A DNA stretch of 64,000 nt from Parcubacteria group bacterium (lineage in GTDB: Bacteria > Patescibacteriota > Minisyncoccia > Minisyncoccales > UBA10102). How positions within the stretch are numbered: position 1 is the stretch's first letter; each line of letters opens with the position of its first letter. Location: the NCBI GenBank assembly GCA_016203945.1, contig JACQLT010000002.1:181336-245335 (forward strand), in the 5' to 3' direction. Below the pieces are notes generated by a model. The model saw only the letters and a list, made by a program, of their open reading frames with translations, had not been told where the DNA came from and did not search any database. This document shows, piece by piece, positions 55,518-63,453 of this stretch. The position numbers and the translations under genes are program-made.

Positions 55518-57047
55518 ATGAACACACAAATCCTACTTGCAGTAGGCGCGTTTTCGCTTGCGGCAGGAATCGTTCTCGGGTACTTCGTACGTCAGTCCAT
55601 TGCGAGACAGAGAGCTGATACGGTCGAGCAGAAGCTTCACCAGCGTTTAGAACAGGCAAAGACGGAAGCCGACCAGCTTCTCAATCAAGCAAAAGAAAAA
55701 GTAAAGCAGGTTGTTTCGGGAGCCGAGACAGACCAAGAGCAGCGCAGGAAACAGCTCTTGGAAACCGAGCAGATTCTTTTGAAGCGCGAAAGCGCGCTGG
55801 ACGCCAAAGTCTCTTCTTTAGACGAGAAAGAAAAATCTCTTGAGCGCGAGGTAGCCGAGGTAAAGCACAAAGAAAAGGCCCTTGAAGAGGTCCGTCTTCA
55901 GGCGTTGGAGAAACTGGAACGGGTGGCCAGCCTCAGCAAAGAAGACGCAAAAAAAGAACTGTTTGAGCTCACGCAACAGCAGTATGAGGGAGACCTTTTG
56001 GCCAGAATGCGCAAGCTTGAACAAGAGGGAGAGGAACGTTTTGACAAGCGCGCTCGGGAAATCGTTTCATATGCGGTGCAGAAAGTGGCGGTTTCTCAGG
56101 CCCAAGAGATCACCACAACCACGGTCATCCTTCCGTCAGAAGACCTGAAGGGAAAGATTATCGGCAAAGAAGGAAGAAACATCCGCGCCTTGGAGAGATC
56201 TGCCGGCGTTGAGATTGTCGTAGATGAGGCCCCAGAGACCGTCGTCATTTCCGGTTTCGACCCCTTGAGAAGGCATGTGGCAAAGCTGGCGCTAGAGCGC
56301 CTCATCAAAGACGGAAGGATTCATCCAGCCCGCGTGGAGGAGCAGGTGGAAAAGGCCCAGCAGGAAATTGACGCTCAAATTAAAGAAGCCGGGGAAGCCG
56401 TGGTGTTTGAACTCGGCATCGTGGGCCTGGACCCCAAGCTCTTGCAGATTCTGGGACGTCTCAAGTTCAGGACGTCGTACGGTCAGAACGTTTTGCTGCA
56501 CTCCCTGGAAGTCGCCTATTTGTCCGCGGCATTGGCGGCAGAATTGGGCGCAAATATTGCAGTGGCCAAGAAGGCAGGATTGTTCCATGACATCGGGAAA
56601 GCCCTGGACCATCAGGTGGAAGGGTCCCACGTTGATATCGGCATACGCATTTTAGAGAAGTTCGGCGTTGAGAAAGAAGTTATTGACGCCATGAAGTCCC
56701 ACCACGAGGATTATCCATACGAATCCGTGGAAGCCGTGCTCATCCAGACGGCTGACGCCATTTCTGCCTCAAGGCCGGGAGCAAGAAAAGACACGCTAGA
56801 AAACTATCTTAGGCGCATCGGAGAACTGGAGAATCTTGCGGCCTCCTTCCCCGGGGTTGAGAAGGCATACGCTATTCAGGCGGGTCGCGAGGTGAGGGTA
56901 TTCGTGAAGCCCAAGGAGATTGACGACTTGGCGGCGCAGCAGCTCGCGCGGGAGATCGCAAACCGCGTTGAGCAGGACCTGAGGTATCCCGGAGAGATCA
57001 AGGTAACCCTTGTGCGGGAGAACAGATTCGTGGAATACGCGAGATAG
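55518..57047 (+). CDS. rny: ribonuclease Y
   Basis: N-terminal TM, long coiled-coil, KH (IIGKEGRNIRALE), HD domain (LLHSLEVAYLSAALAAELG...LFHDIGKA); 509 aa. Confidence 0.85.
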   Translation: MNTQILLAVGAFSLAAGIVLGYFVRQSIARQRADTVEQKLHQRLEQAKTEADQLLNQAKEKVKQVVSGAETDQEQRRKQLLETEQILLKRESALDAKVSSLDEKEKSLEREVAEVKHKEKALEEVRLQALEKLERVASLSKEDAKKELFELTQQQYEGDLLARMRKLEQEGEERFDKRAREIVSYAVQKVAVSQAQEITTTTVILPSEDLKGKIIGKEGRNIRALERSAGVEIVVDEAPETVVISGFDPLRRHVAKLALERLIKDGRIHPARVEEQVEKAQQEIDAQIKEAGEAVVFELGIVGLDPKLLQILGRLKFRTSYGQNVLLHSLEVAYLSAALAAELGANIAVAKKAGLFHDIGKALDHQVEGSHVDIGIRILEKFGVEKEVIDAMKSHHEDYPYESVEAVLIQTADAISASRPGARKDTLENYLRRIGELENLAASFPGVEKAYAIQAGREVRVFVKPKEIDDLAAQQLAREIANRVEQDLRYPGEIKVTLVRENRFVEYAR

Positions 57048-57056
57048 TGAAACTTG

Positions 57057-57127
57057 AGCGGGTGACGGGGATCGAACCCGTGTGGCGAGTTTGGAAAACT
57101 CGTGCACTACCACTGTGCTACACCCGC
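57057..57127 (-). tRNA. tRNA-Gly (anticodon TCC)
   Basis: Acceptor GCGGGTG/CACCCGC, anticodon stem CGAGT/ACTCG loop TTTCCAA, T arm ACGGG-TTCGATC-CCCGT, discriminator U. Confidence 0.75.
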
Positions 57128-57141
57128 ATATGCCAAGCTTG

Positions 57142-57212
57142 TCGGGCCGCTGGGAATCGAACCCAGTCTACCTGCTCCCAAAGCAGGCGTACTACCGGTA
57201 TACTACGGCCCG
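57142..57212 (-). tRNA. tRNA-Pro (anticodon TGG)
   Basis: Acceptor CGGGCCG/CGGCCCG, anticodon stem CCTGC/GCAGG loop TTTGGGA, T arm CTGGG-TTCGATT-CCCAG. Confidence 0.75.
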
Positions 57213-57280
57213 CCTTTTTATACTAATGTTCGCCTCCTTTCTGTACCATTTTTTTTACGCTGGGTCAATCTGTGATAGAA

Positions 57281-57309
57281 TTGACTAGCCTCATATTTTC
57301 TGGTATGTT
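57281..57309 (+). promoter_or_regulatory. putative promoter for tRNA-Arg(TCT)/tRNA-His transcript
   Basis: TTGACT (57281-86), 17-nt spacer, TATGTT (57304-09). Confidence 0.35.
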
Positions 57310-57442
57310 TTGGACGCATCTGTGCATTGTACCGCTCTTGCGCAGATATACTTCTCGCCTTCGGCTCAATCAAAAAACTGAAGGCGCAAGAGCGGCCCCG
57401 CCAGCTTTTGCTGGCCTTCAATGCTCACTTGCTCGCATTGAA

Positions 57443-57514
57443 GCCCTCATAGCTCAATGGATAGAGCACGGGTCTTCTAAGCCTGGGATCGAGGTTCGAC
57501 TCCTCGTGGGGGCA
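57443..57514 (+). tRNA. tRNA-Arg (anticodon TCT)
   Basis: Acceptor GCCCTCA/TGGGGGC, D arm GCTC-AATGGATA-GAGC, anticodon stem CGGGT/GCCTG loop CTTCTAA, T arm CGAGG-TTCGACT-CCTCG. Confidence 0.7.
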
Positions 57515-57529
57515 CAATATGAATCATAT

Positions 57530-57601
57530 GGGGGCATTGGTGTATCGGCAGCACAAGAGTTTGTGGAACTCTCAGAAGGGGTTCAAATCCCCTATGCCCC
57601 C
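57530..57601 (+). tRNA. tRNA-His (anticodon GTG) with genomically encoded G-1
   Basis: Extra 5' G pairing with discriminator C; acceptor GGGGCAT/ATGCCCC; anticodon stem AGAGT/ACTCT loop TTGTGGA; T arm AGGGG-TTCAAAT-CCCCT. Confidence 0.7.
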
Positions 57602-57611
57602 CAGCAAAACG

Positions 57612-57647
57612 AAACCCCGTCCCGCTTAGCGGGACGGGGTTTGTATA
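57612..57647. terminator. bidirectional rho-independent terminator
   Basis: Perfect 11-bp inverted repeat CCCCGTCCCGC-ttag-GCGGGACGGGG flanked by AAA on the left and TTTGTAT on the right; lies after tRNA-His (+) and after a small acidic ORF (-). Confidence 0.7.
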
Positions 57648-57952
57648 TTCACCCATCACTCCATTTCGGAGTCTTCGTCATCGGGCGTGTCGTCATCCGC
57701 GGATTCTTTTTCCTCTTCTGTTTCCGCGTCGTCGTCCGCGCCCTCTTCTTGATTTTCAATTAAAGAATCAAACTCGTCGTAGATCATGCAAAAAATGTAA
57801 TGAGTTGAGCGACCTTTTCAACCCCCATCATACGTACCCAATACCCCTTGTCAACCCTGCGTGGAGGTTCGTTTTCCACAATTGCGAACAAGAGAATATT
57901 GTGGTAGGGTAACTACGATTCTTACACACCGCCGTAGTCTTGAAAGAAGCGG

Positions 57953-58029
57953 GCTCCCGTAGCTCAATTGGACAGAGCAGCTCACTCCTAACGAGCAGGT
58001 TAGAGGTTCGACTCCTCTCGGGGGCACCA
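57953..58029 (+). tRNA. tRNA-Arg (anticodon CCT), CCA encoded
   Basis: Acceptor GCTCCCG/CGGGGGC, D arm GCTC-AATTGGACA-GAGC, anticodon stem GCTCA/CGAGC (A31-C39 mismatch) loop CTCCTAA, T arm AGAGG-TTCGACT-CCTCT, ACCA end. Confidence 0.65.
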
Positions 58030-58036
58030 GAAAGAT

Positions 58037-58112
58037 GGGCCGTTGGCGCAGTTGGTAGCGCGCCTCGATGGCATCGAGGAGGTCACCGGTTCGAGTCCGG
58101 TACGGTCCACCA
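58037..58112 (+). tRNA. tRNA-Ala (anticodon GGC), CCA encoded
   Basis: Acceptor GGGCCGT/ACGGTCC with G3-U70 identity pair, D arm GCGC-AGTTGGTA-GCGC, anticodon stem CCTCG/CGAGG loop ATGGCAT, T arm CACCGG-TTCGAGT-CCGGT region, ACCA end. Confidence 0.7.
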
Positions 58113-58198
58113 GGAGGGTTGGCAGAACGGCTAATGCGCTGGTTTCGAAAACCAGTGGGAGCAATCCCTTGCAGGTTCGAATCCTGCACCCTCCGCCA
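58113..58198 (+). tRNA. tRNA-Ser (anticodon CGA), long variable arm, CCA encoded
   Basis: Acceptor GGAGGGT/ACCCTCC, anticodon stem CTGGT/ACCAG loop TTCGAAA, 16-nt variable arm TGGGAGCAATCCCTTG, T arm CAGG-TTCGAAT-CCTG, discriminator G, CCA; starts immediately after previous tRNA. Confidence 0.7.
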
Positions 58199-58274
58199 AT
58201 TTACAACTTTTTATCGGTATGACCCGAGTAATCGACGCTGCAGTGCGACCCACATACCCGACAACGAACCGGAC

Positions 58275-58330
58275 TTGACATAGATCTATCCACAGCTATA
58301 TACTTAAATAGTTGCTTAACTACTTAAGTA
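58275..58330 (+). promoter_or_regulatory. promoter plus imperfect inverted-repeat operator upstream of ArsR-family regulator
   Basis: TTGACA (58275-80), 16-nt spacer, TATATA (58297-302); overlapping inverted repeat TACTTAAATAG ... CTACTTAAGTA (58301-311 / 58320-330, 1 mismatch). Confidence 0.45.
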
Positions 58331-58349
58331 GTAATATACTAATAAACAT

Positions 58350-58673
58350 ATGTTGGATAAGAAACAAATAGCAAATATTAAAGCTGAATTAGCCACCGAG
58401 GAAGCGGCTTTCCCGCTGGTGTTTCAGGCCCTTGGCGACCCCTGCCGATTTAAAGTTTTTAAGGTGCTTATGCAGTATCACGATATATGCGTTACCGATA
58501 TTGCTAATATCTTCGGCATTACCCTGTCCGCCGCATCCCAGCAATTGCGGGTTCTTGAACGCCTAGGGCTTGTTCAAAAAATGAGGATGGGACAAATGGT
58601 TTGCTATGAGATTAACGTCGAAAATTCCATTGCAAAACAATTATTCAAGTTATTTAAAGGGTCGAACAAATAA
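58350..58673 (+). CDS. ArsR/SmtB-family HTH transcriptional regulator
   Basis: FQALGDPCRFKVFKVLMQYHDICVTDIANIFGITLSAASQQLRVLERLGLVQ: wHTH with ArsR-type CxF/C motif region. Confidence 0.7.
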   Translation: MLDKKQIANIKAELATEEAAFPLVFQALGDPCRFKVFKVLMQYHDICVTDIANIFGITLSAASQQLRVLERLGLVQKMRMGQMVCYEINVENSIAKQLFKLFKGSNK

Positions 58674-58699
58674 TTAATAAAAATTAACAAAATACATTT

Positions 58700-58936
58700 A
58701 TGTCTAAAGTTACTATCTACACCACCCCTTCTTGCGTCTACTGCAAAATGACCAAAGAGTTCTTTAAAGAAAACAATGTTCAGTATGAGGAAAAAGATGT
58801 ATCGCAGGATGCAGCGGCACGAGACGAAATGATCGCAAAATCCAATCAAATGGGCGTGCCGGTTATTGATGTGGACGGCCAGCTGACCGTTGGCTTCGAC
58901 AAGGAGCGGCTCTCCCAATTATTAAATATAAAATAA
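58700..58936 (+). CDS. glutaredoxin-like / NrdH-type small redoxin
   Basis: 78 aa, TIYTTPSCVYCKMTKEFF (CxxC), GVPVIDVDG. Confidence 0.7.
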   Translation: MSKVTIYTTPSCVYCKMTKEFFKENNVQYEEKDVSQDAAARDEMIAKSNQMGVPVIDVDGQLTVGFDKERLSQLLNIK

Positions 58937-58946
58937 CCCAGGAACC

Positions 58947-59477
58947 ATGAGCAGTAAACTTTTGATTGGCGGCGTTGTTCTTGTTGTAGCGGGTCTATTG
59001 ATATTCGGAAGATTCAACAGCAATAACACGCCTTCAGCCGGCACAGCATCCGTCCAGAACAGTATATCCGCCGGTTCTATTCATACCGCTCCCGACTTTA
59101 CTCTCCAGAAGCTTGGCGGCGGAACTATTTCGCTTTCCGAATTCAAGGGCAAAAAGCCGGTTGTGGTTGATTTCTGGGCTTCTTGGTGTCCGAATTGCCG
59201 CCGCGACATGCCGAATCTCAATCGCTTTTATGAAAAATATAAAGATAGGGTCGAGGTTATCGGCGTTAACTTACAAGAACGAGAGTCGACCGTTGCAGAT
59301 TTTATTAAATCGCGTGATATAAATTTCCCGATCGCGCTCGATCCTTCGGGACAGGCATCAAATGCTTTTGGAATTCAGTATACCAATACACATTTTTTAA
59401 TAGATAAAGAGGGCAATCTTGTCCGCACTATCCCGGGAGATATACGAGAATCTGATATTCTCTCGCTTATTCAATAA
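58947..59477 (+). CDS. TlpA/ResA-like membrane-anchored thiol-disulfide oxidoreductase
   Basis: N-terminal TM, VVDFWASWCPNCRRDMPNL thioredoxin-fold CxxC. Confidence 0.7.
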   Translation: MSSKLLIGGVVLVVAGLLIFGRFNSNNTPSAGTASVQNSISAGSIHTAPDFTLQKLGGGTISLSEFKGKKPVVVDFWASWCPNCRRDMPNLNRFYEKYKDRVEVIGVNLQERESTVADFIKSRDINFPIALDPSGQASNAFGIQYTNTHFLIDKEGNLVRTIPGDIRESDILSLIQ

Positions 59478-59479
59478 TT

Positions 59480-60562
59480 ATGGGTTTTTCAAAACCGACA
59501 ATAATTATAGGTATAATAATAATTGCGGCTTTGGGGTATTTAGTTTTGTCGCGTACAATATTCCGCAACGATTTTCAACTGCCCCGCGGCGGGGGAACAA
59601 AAACGGAAACGATATCCATTCCCGATGGCGAGGCAGATGGCAATACTTCATTTTTAACAAAAGAAATTATGATTACTGACGGTGTAAAACATAGCGTTCC
59701 CTTAAGTGAAATTATCGGCGGGGGACCGCCTAAAGACGGAATTCCTTCTATTGATAGTCCGAAATTTATTTCGGTTGCGGATGCAAGCAAGGTTTTAAAC
59801 GACAGCGAGCCCGGCATTGCCTTAGATATAAATGGCACCGCCCGATTTTATCCATTTCAAATTTTGGTCTGGCATGAAATTGTAAACGATACCATCAATG
59901 GCCAGCGCGTGCTTGTTACCTACTGTCCGCTTTGCCTTTCCGGAATTGTGTTTGATCCGGTGGTGCCCTTCCCCGCCGAGGCTTCGGCGGGCAAGCAGGG
60001 CGAGCGCGTGGAATTCGGAACGTCCGGAAAATTGTGGAATTCCAATTTGGTGATGTACGATCGCAAAACCGATTCGTTGTGGTCGCAAATTCTAGGCGAA
60101 GCAATTGTGGGCGAGCTTACAGGCACAAAACTTAAAGTTCTTTCCTCTGATATGGTACGCTTTGGCGATTTTAAAAAGCTACATCCTGACGGATCGGTAC
60201 TTTCCCGTGATACGGGAACAACGCGATTCTATGGTCAAGATCCCTATGGTGATTACTACACTAGCCCCGGAACCTATTTCCCTGTCAGCAAGAAAGACAA
60301 TCGTTTGGGAGATAAGGATTTTATTCTCGGTATCGTGGTAAACGGAAAAGCGAAAGCATATTGGCCGGAAGCGGTGAAGAAAGCGGGCGAGATATCGGAT
60401 CGGTTCGAAGGAAAAGATATAATCGCGCAGTATGAAAAAGACATTGATGCGGTGCGGCTTTTTGAGAAAAAAGTCGACGGAACGGTCGAACGCATCAATC
60501 CGTTCGGCTCGTTCTGGTTTTCCTGGGTTGCCGCGCATCCCGATACGGAATTGTTAAAATAA
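59480..60562 (+). CDS. DUF3179-family protein (membrane-anchored)
   Basis: ARFYPFQILVWHEIVNDTINGQRVLVTYCPLC matches DUF3179 signature (YCPLC). Confidence 0.55.
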   Translation: MGFSKPTIIIGIIIIAALGYLVLSRTIFRNDFQLPRGGGTKTETISIPDGEADGNTSFLTKEIMITDGVKHSVPLSEIIGGGPPKDGIPSIDSPKFISVADASKVLNDSEPGIALDINGTARFYPFQILVWHEIVNDTINGQRVLVTYCPLCLSGIVFDPVVPFPAEASAGKQGERVEFGTSGKLWNSNLVMYDRKTDSLWSQILGEAIVGELTGTKLKVLSSDMVRFGDFKKLHPDGSVLSRDTGTTRFYGQDPYGDYYTSPGTYFPVSKKDNRLGDKDFILGIVVNGKAKAYWPEAVKKAGEISDRFEGKDIIAQYEKDIDAVRLFEKKVDGTVERINPFGSFWFSWVAAHPDTELLK

Positions 60563-60564
60563 GT

Positions 60565-61905
60565 ATGGCTCAAGAAGAAAAATACAATGTTATAATTATC
60601 GGCGGCGGTGTTACCGGTACCGCTCTCCTGTATGTTCTTTCGCGCTATACGAATATATCCCGTATTGCCATTTTTGAAAAATATAATGAAGCGGCAATGG
60701 TAAATTCACATTACGACAACAACAGTCAAACGCTGCATTTTGGAGATATTGAAACCAACTATACTCTTGAAAAGGCGAAAAGAGTAAAGGAGGCGGCTGA
60801 TATTTTAGTGCGATATCTTAAATCTTACGCTCCAAATGCTTTTACAAAAGGAAGCAAAATGGTTTTAGCCATCGGCAAAAAAGAAACGCGCGAGCTTGAG
60901 AAACGATATGAAGAATTTCACACGCTGTTTCCAAAGCTGAAAAAAATTGAACGCGATCAAATCTCTAAACTTGAGCCGAATGTTGTAAAGGGACGAGACT
61001 ATCGCGAGAATCTGCTTGCTCTCGTGACCGAAGATGGTTACGCGGTCAATTATAAAGCGCTTTCCGAATCATTTATCCGGGAATCGCGCGTAACCGATAA
61101 AGAGATTGACATTTTTTTTGGCACGGAGGTAAAAGAAATTAAGAGAAAAAATGAAATATACGCTGTAAATACCTCTAAGAGCTCATTTTCTGCCGATGTC
61201 GTTGCAGTCATGGCCGGACCGCATAGCCTTATTTTTGCTCATTCGCTGGGATATGGGAAACATTTTGGAATTTTGCCTGTAGCCGGAAGTTTTTACTGCG
61301 CCGATAATCTTCTGAATGGAAAGGTTTACACGATGCAAATCAAAAAATTGCCATTCGCGGCGATTCACGGCGACCCCGATGTAAATAATCGCGCCGAAAC
61401 TCGTTTTGGTCCCACGGCAAAAGTGCTTCCTCTTTTTGAGCGGCACAATTATCGCACTATAGCCGATTTTATAAAAACATCGATTTGGAATTTAAGCGGA
61501 GTTTTTAGTCTGATTAAGATTATTGCCGACCCAACTCTCTTTAGGTATGTTTTTAAAAATCTGGCTTACGACATTCCGATAATCGGCAAACGGTTTTTTC
61601 TGCGAAGTGTCCGAAAAATCGTACCGATGGCGAAATATAGCTCCCTCCATTACGGCAAAGGCATTGGCGGTATACGCCCGCAAATTGTGAATACAAAAAC
61701 AATGAAACTTGAAATGGGTGAGGCGGAAATCGTAGGAGACAAAATTCTTTTCAATATTACGCCATCGCCTGGAGCTTCGGTGAGTCTTAAAAACGCCGAA
61801 CAAGACGCGTTAAAAATCATTAATTTCTTGGGCGATCTTTTTTCATTTGACCAGCAAAAATGGTGTCTAGATACCGGATCAACAATGCTTGAATGCAGAG
61901 AATAG
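60565..61905 (+). CDS. FAD-dependent oxidoreductase (malate:quinone / 2-hydroxyglutarate oxidase-like)
   Basis: YNVIIIGGGVTGTALLYVLSRY dinucleotide-binding motif; 446 aa. Confidence 0.45.
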   Translation: MAQEEKYNVIIIGGGVTGTALLYVLSRYTNISRIAIFEKYNEAAMVNSHYDNNSQTLHFGDIETNYTLEKAKRVKEAADILVRYLKSYAPNAFTKGSKMVLAIGKKETRELEKRYEEFHTLFPKLKKIERDQISKLEPNVVKGRDYRENLLALVTEDGYAVNYKALSESFIRESRVTDKEIDIFFGTEVKEIKRKNEIYAVNTSKSSFSADVVAVMAGPHSLIFAHSLGYGKHFGILPVAGSFYCADNLLNGKVYTMQIKKLPFAAIHGDPDVNNRAETRFGPTAKVLPLFERHNYRTIADFIKTSIWNLSGVFSLIKIIADPTLFRYVFKNLAYDIPIIGKRFFLRSVRKIVPMAKYSSLHYGKGIGGIRPQIVNTKTMKLEMGEAEIVGDKILFNITPSPGASVSLKNAEQDALKIINFLGDLFSFDQQKWCLDTGSTMLECRE

Positions 61906-61956
61906 ATAGTTCATAATAATTAAAGGTCGATGAATTAATAATTTAATTTAAAAAAT

Positions 61957-62340
61957 ATGTTTGAACAACTGATACAATACAACGACATCGGGCTTCTGAT
62001 CCTACGCTTTGCGGTGGCAATAATCTTTATCTATCATGCATTGCCAAAGCTGAAGAATGCCAAAGGCATGGCGCAAATGGTGGGCATGCCCGCGGGCATG
62101 GTGTTGATGCTAGGTATGATGGAAATGATTGGGTCGCTGGCGCTAGTCTTTGGTTTCTACGTACAGCTTGTGGCATTGGTTCTCGCCATCATAATGATTG
62201 GCGCAATTGGGATGAAGACGATGAAATGGCATGTTCCGTTTGCGGCAATGGATAAAACCGGCTGGGAGTTTGATTTGATTCTTCTTGCCGCCAACATCAT
62301 CCTTCTTGTGATCGGCGGCGGATCGATTGGAGTTCAATAA
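61957..62340 (+). CDS. DoxX-family membrane protein
   Basis: 127 aa, 4 TM, LLILRFAVAIIFIYHALPKL DoxX-like start. Confidence 0.55.
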   Translation: MFEQLIQYNDIGLLILRFAVAIIFIYHALPKLKNAKGMAQMVGMPAGMVLMLGMMEMIGSLALVFGFYVQLVALVLAIIMIGAIGMKTMKWHVPFAAMDKTGWEFDLILLAANIILLVIGGGSIGVQ

Positions 62341-62367
62341 AGGGTCAATGGTAATAATTGTTAATTA

Positions 62368-62640
62368 TTGAAATTTACCATTATGCTCATAGAGTTTTAC
62401 GGGAAAGAATGCCCGCATTGCATCAAAATGATGCCGCTCGCAGAGCGTCTTGAAAAAGATACCGGACTTAAAGTTGAGAAATACGAAGTGTGGCACAACG
62501 AGGAAAACGCAAAAAAAATGGAAGGGCACAACAAAGGCCGGTGCGGCGGCGTTCCGTTTTTCATTAATACGGATACCGACGCCATAATCTGCGGCGAGGC
62601 TCCTTATGAAGAACTAAAAAAATGGGCTGGGGTGGAATAA
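62368..62640 (+). CDS. thioredoxin-fold protein (CPHC active site)
   Basis: IEFYGKECPHCIKMMPLAERL; about 85-90 aa; alternative start at MLIEFY (62383). Confidence 0.6.
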   Translation: MKFTIMLIEFYGKECPHCIKMMPLAERLEKDTGLKVEKYEVWHNEENAKKMEGHNKGRCGGVPFFINTDTDAIICGEAPYEELKKWAGVE

Positions 62641-62688
62641 GGTCGACCACCTCAAGGAAAAATTAATAAATTAACAATCCAAAAATAT

Positions 62689-63057
62689 ATGCAAAACATG
62701 AAATCAATGATGATGCCAATGCTGATTCTTCTTGTCCTCGTGATCGCTTCTCTGACGTTCGTGTGGCAAGGAATTGGCATGCAAAGCCAGGTGGCAATTG
62801 AGGAAGCGAAGTTCCACGCGTTGCAACAGGATTACTTCATTATGAGTAAGGTGGAGCGTGAAGCAGCGGTAACAGGATCGGAGCTGAATCAAAAACTGGT
62901 TCAAATTCAGAATTATCCTTCCGAACTTCTGCGATTGAAGCTTGTCGGCGCTGGGAAAATCCTTACTGGTATTTTCCTTTCGCTTTTGGCGATTGTCTTC
63001 CTGCTCTTCATGGTGCCAATTCGCTTGGCAAAATTAATGAAAGAAAATAGGCAATAA
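62689..63057 (+). CDS. hypothetical membrane protein (2 TM)
   Basis: N- and C-terminal TM segments flanking a polar central region. Confidence 0.3.
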   Translation: MQNMKSMMMPMLILLVLVIASLTFVWQGIGMQSQVAIEEAKFHALQQDYFIMSKVEREAAVTGSELNQKLVQIQNYPSELLRLKLVGAGKILTGIFLSLLAIVFLLFMVPIRLAKLMKENRQ

Positions 63058-63096
63058 AGATCGGAAATAGTAATAATCAACTAAGCAATAAAAAAT

Positions 63097-63267
63097 GTGA
63101 ACAATCAAAACGATCAAAAAAAGTTTGTCTGCAAGAGCTGTGGTTCGGAGTCGCAAGAAAAAACTGGAACATGCTGTGGCGGGGAGCGAGAAGAAAAGAA
63201 AGAAGCAGGCGTATGCCTGGCGTGCAGCTGTCCGTGTGACGAGCACAAAGAACACGCCCACAAATAA
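63097..63267 (+). CDS. candidate small Cys/His-rich metal-binding protein (56 aa, GTG start; not in ORF track)
   Basis: In-frame translation (V/M)NNQNDQKKFVCKSCGSESQEKTGTCCGGEREEKKEAGVCLACSCPCDEHKEHAHK: 10 Cys in CxxC/CC/CxC/CxCxC patterns plus His-rich tail; upstream in-frame stop at 63082; no ATG start. Confidence 0.3.
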   Translation: MNNQNDQKKFVCKSCGSESQEKTGTCCGGEREEKKEAGVCLACSCPCDEHKEHAHK

Positions 63268-63453
63268 AGTGGGTGTGTTCCAGAGATGGTAAGATACGGC
63301 ATAATGTCAGACATAAATATAAAACAGTTGAATAATGCCCAGAATTGAAGTCGGCGGTATTGATCAACAACGGATTAAGGACTTCATCTCTCGTTATCAG
63401 AACAGAGGCCCGGAAAACGTAAATGTCCCACAGGGTCATTTAAGATAATTACC

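Noticed and set aside
63034-63439. Three overlapping minus-strand ORFs (63034-63261, 63077-63439, 63114-63314)
   Set aside because: Mutually overlapping in different frames within an AT-rich spacer; the plus-strand Cys-rich micro-ORF and intergenic promoter region for the downstream tlpA-like gene explain the region better.
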